64,000 bases of DNA. Origin: a virus. The stretch covers positions 32,001-96,000 of IMG/VR virus record IMGVR_UViG_3300009285_005282. The stretch is one strand, 5' to 3'. Shown piece by piece: positions 63,805 through 64,000 of this stretch (the stretch's first letter is position 1; each line of letters starts with the position of its first letter). The translations under genes were made by a program, and so were the position numbers. The notes under the pieces are model-generated. The model searched no databases and was not told the DNA's origin. It was given only the letters and a program-made list of their open reading frames with translations.

Positions 63805-64000
63805 ACTTCCAGGGGTTTGCTGACGAGTTGTTCAAAATTGCAGCGAGGTCTCTCGCCAAGGACTTTGCGGCTGGGATAGACCCAACAGGAGCAGTTACGT
63901 ACGACTAGGGTGGCGGACGCCGATTCCCCAGGAGGGCGCGCCCGTCACGCGGTCGCTACCGCAGGCGGATTGGTGGGGGTGCCGCCGCACTTCCCTCTGT
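63801..64000 (+). CDS. Start of another F-x-D-E-L-x-K-I-A leader protein (frame disrupted near window end)
   Basis: GGAGGA RBS; MNFQGFADELFKIAA...; TAG at 63906, but plausible Gly-rich coding continues in a shifted frame. Confidence 0.55.

Noticed and set aside
63801-64000. TAG at 63906 as stop-codon recoding or programmed frameshift
   Set aside because: TAG terminates many genes normally in this window. The plausible continuation needs indels near G runs, which points to sequence error or decay at the window end

Overview
GC-rich, densely coding segment of a large (jumbo-type) tailed dsDNA phage, probably with a contractile tail. I see no tRNA, rRNA, CRISPR array or integrase. There are three blocks. 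(1) 1-28463 (+): 3' end of an ATP-dependent DNA ligase, a group-3 sigma70-family factor, baseplate/tail/tail-fibre/tailspike genes and putative lysis membrane proteins. (2) 28658-44694 (-): replication/recombination operon with SF2 helicase, family-4 UDG, Hfq/Sm-like protein, DnaB, primase, Zn-SSB, family-A DNA polymerase, RecA, Cas4-like nuclease and RusA. (3) 44815-64000 (+): putative head proteins, portal, a 2912-aa single-chain beta-beta' RNA polymerase with two inteins, and a baseplate spike. The most interesting signal is a possible self-contained phage transcription system. It comprises the fused, streamlined RNAP (no beta' N-terminal Zn finger, substituted rifampicin pocket), a phage sigma carrying the same K-x-A leader motif as many putative head proteins, and a repeated divergent promoter module (CAAA-N15-G(G/C)TATAAG). 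Also notable are an atypical Ala1/Thr+1 intein directly after the NADFDGD catalytic motif, with an internal promoter/RBS, and small structured antisense transcription units. All calls come from motif recognition by eye; no searches were run.
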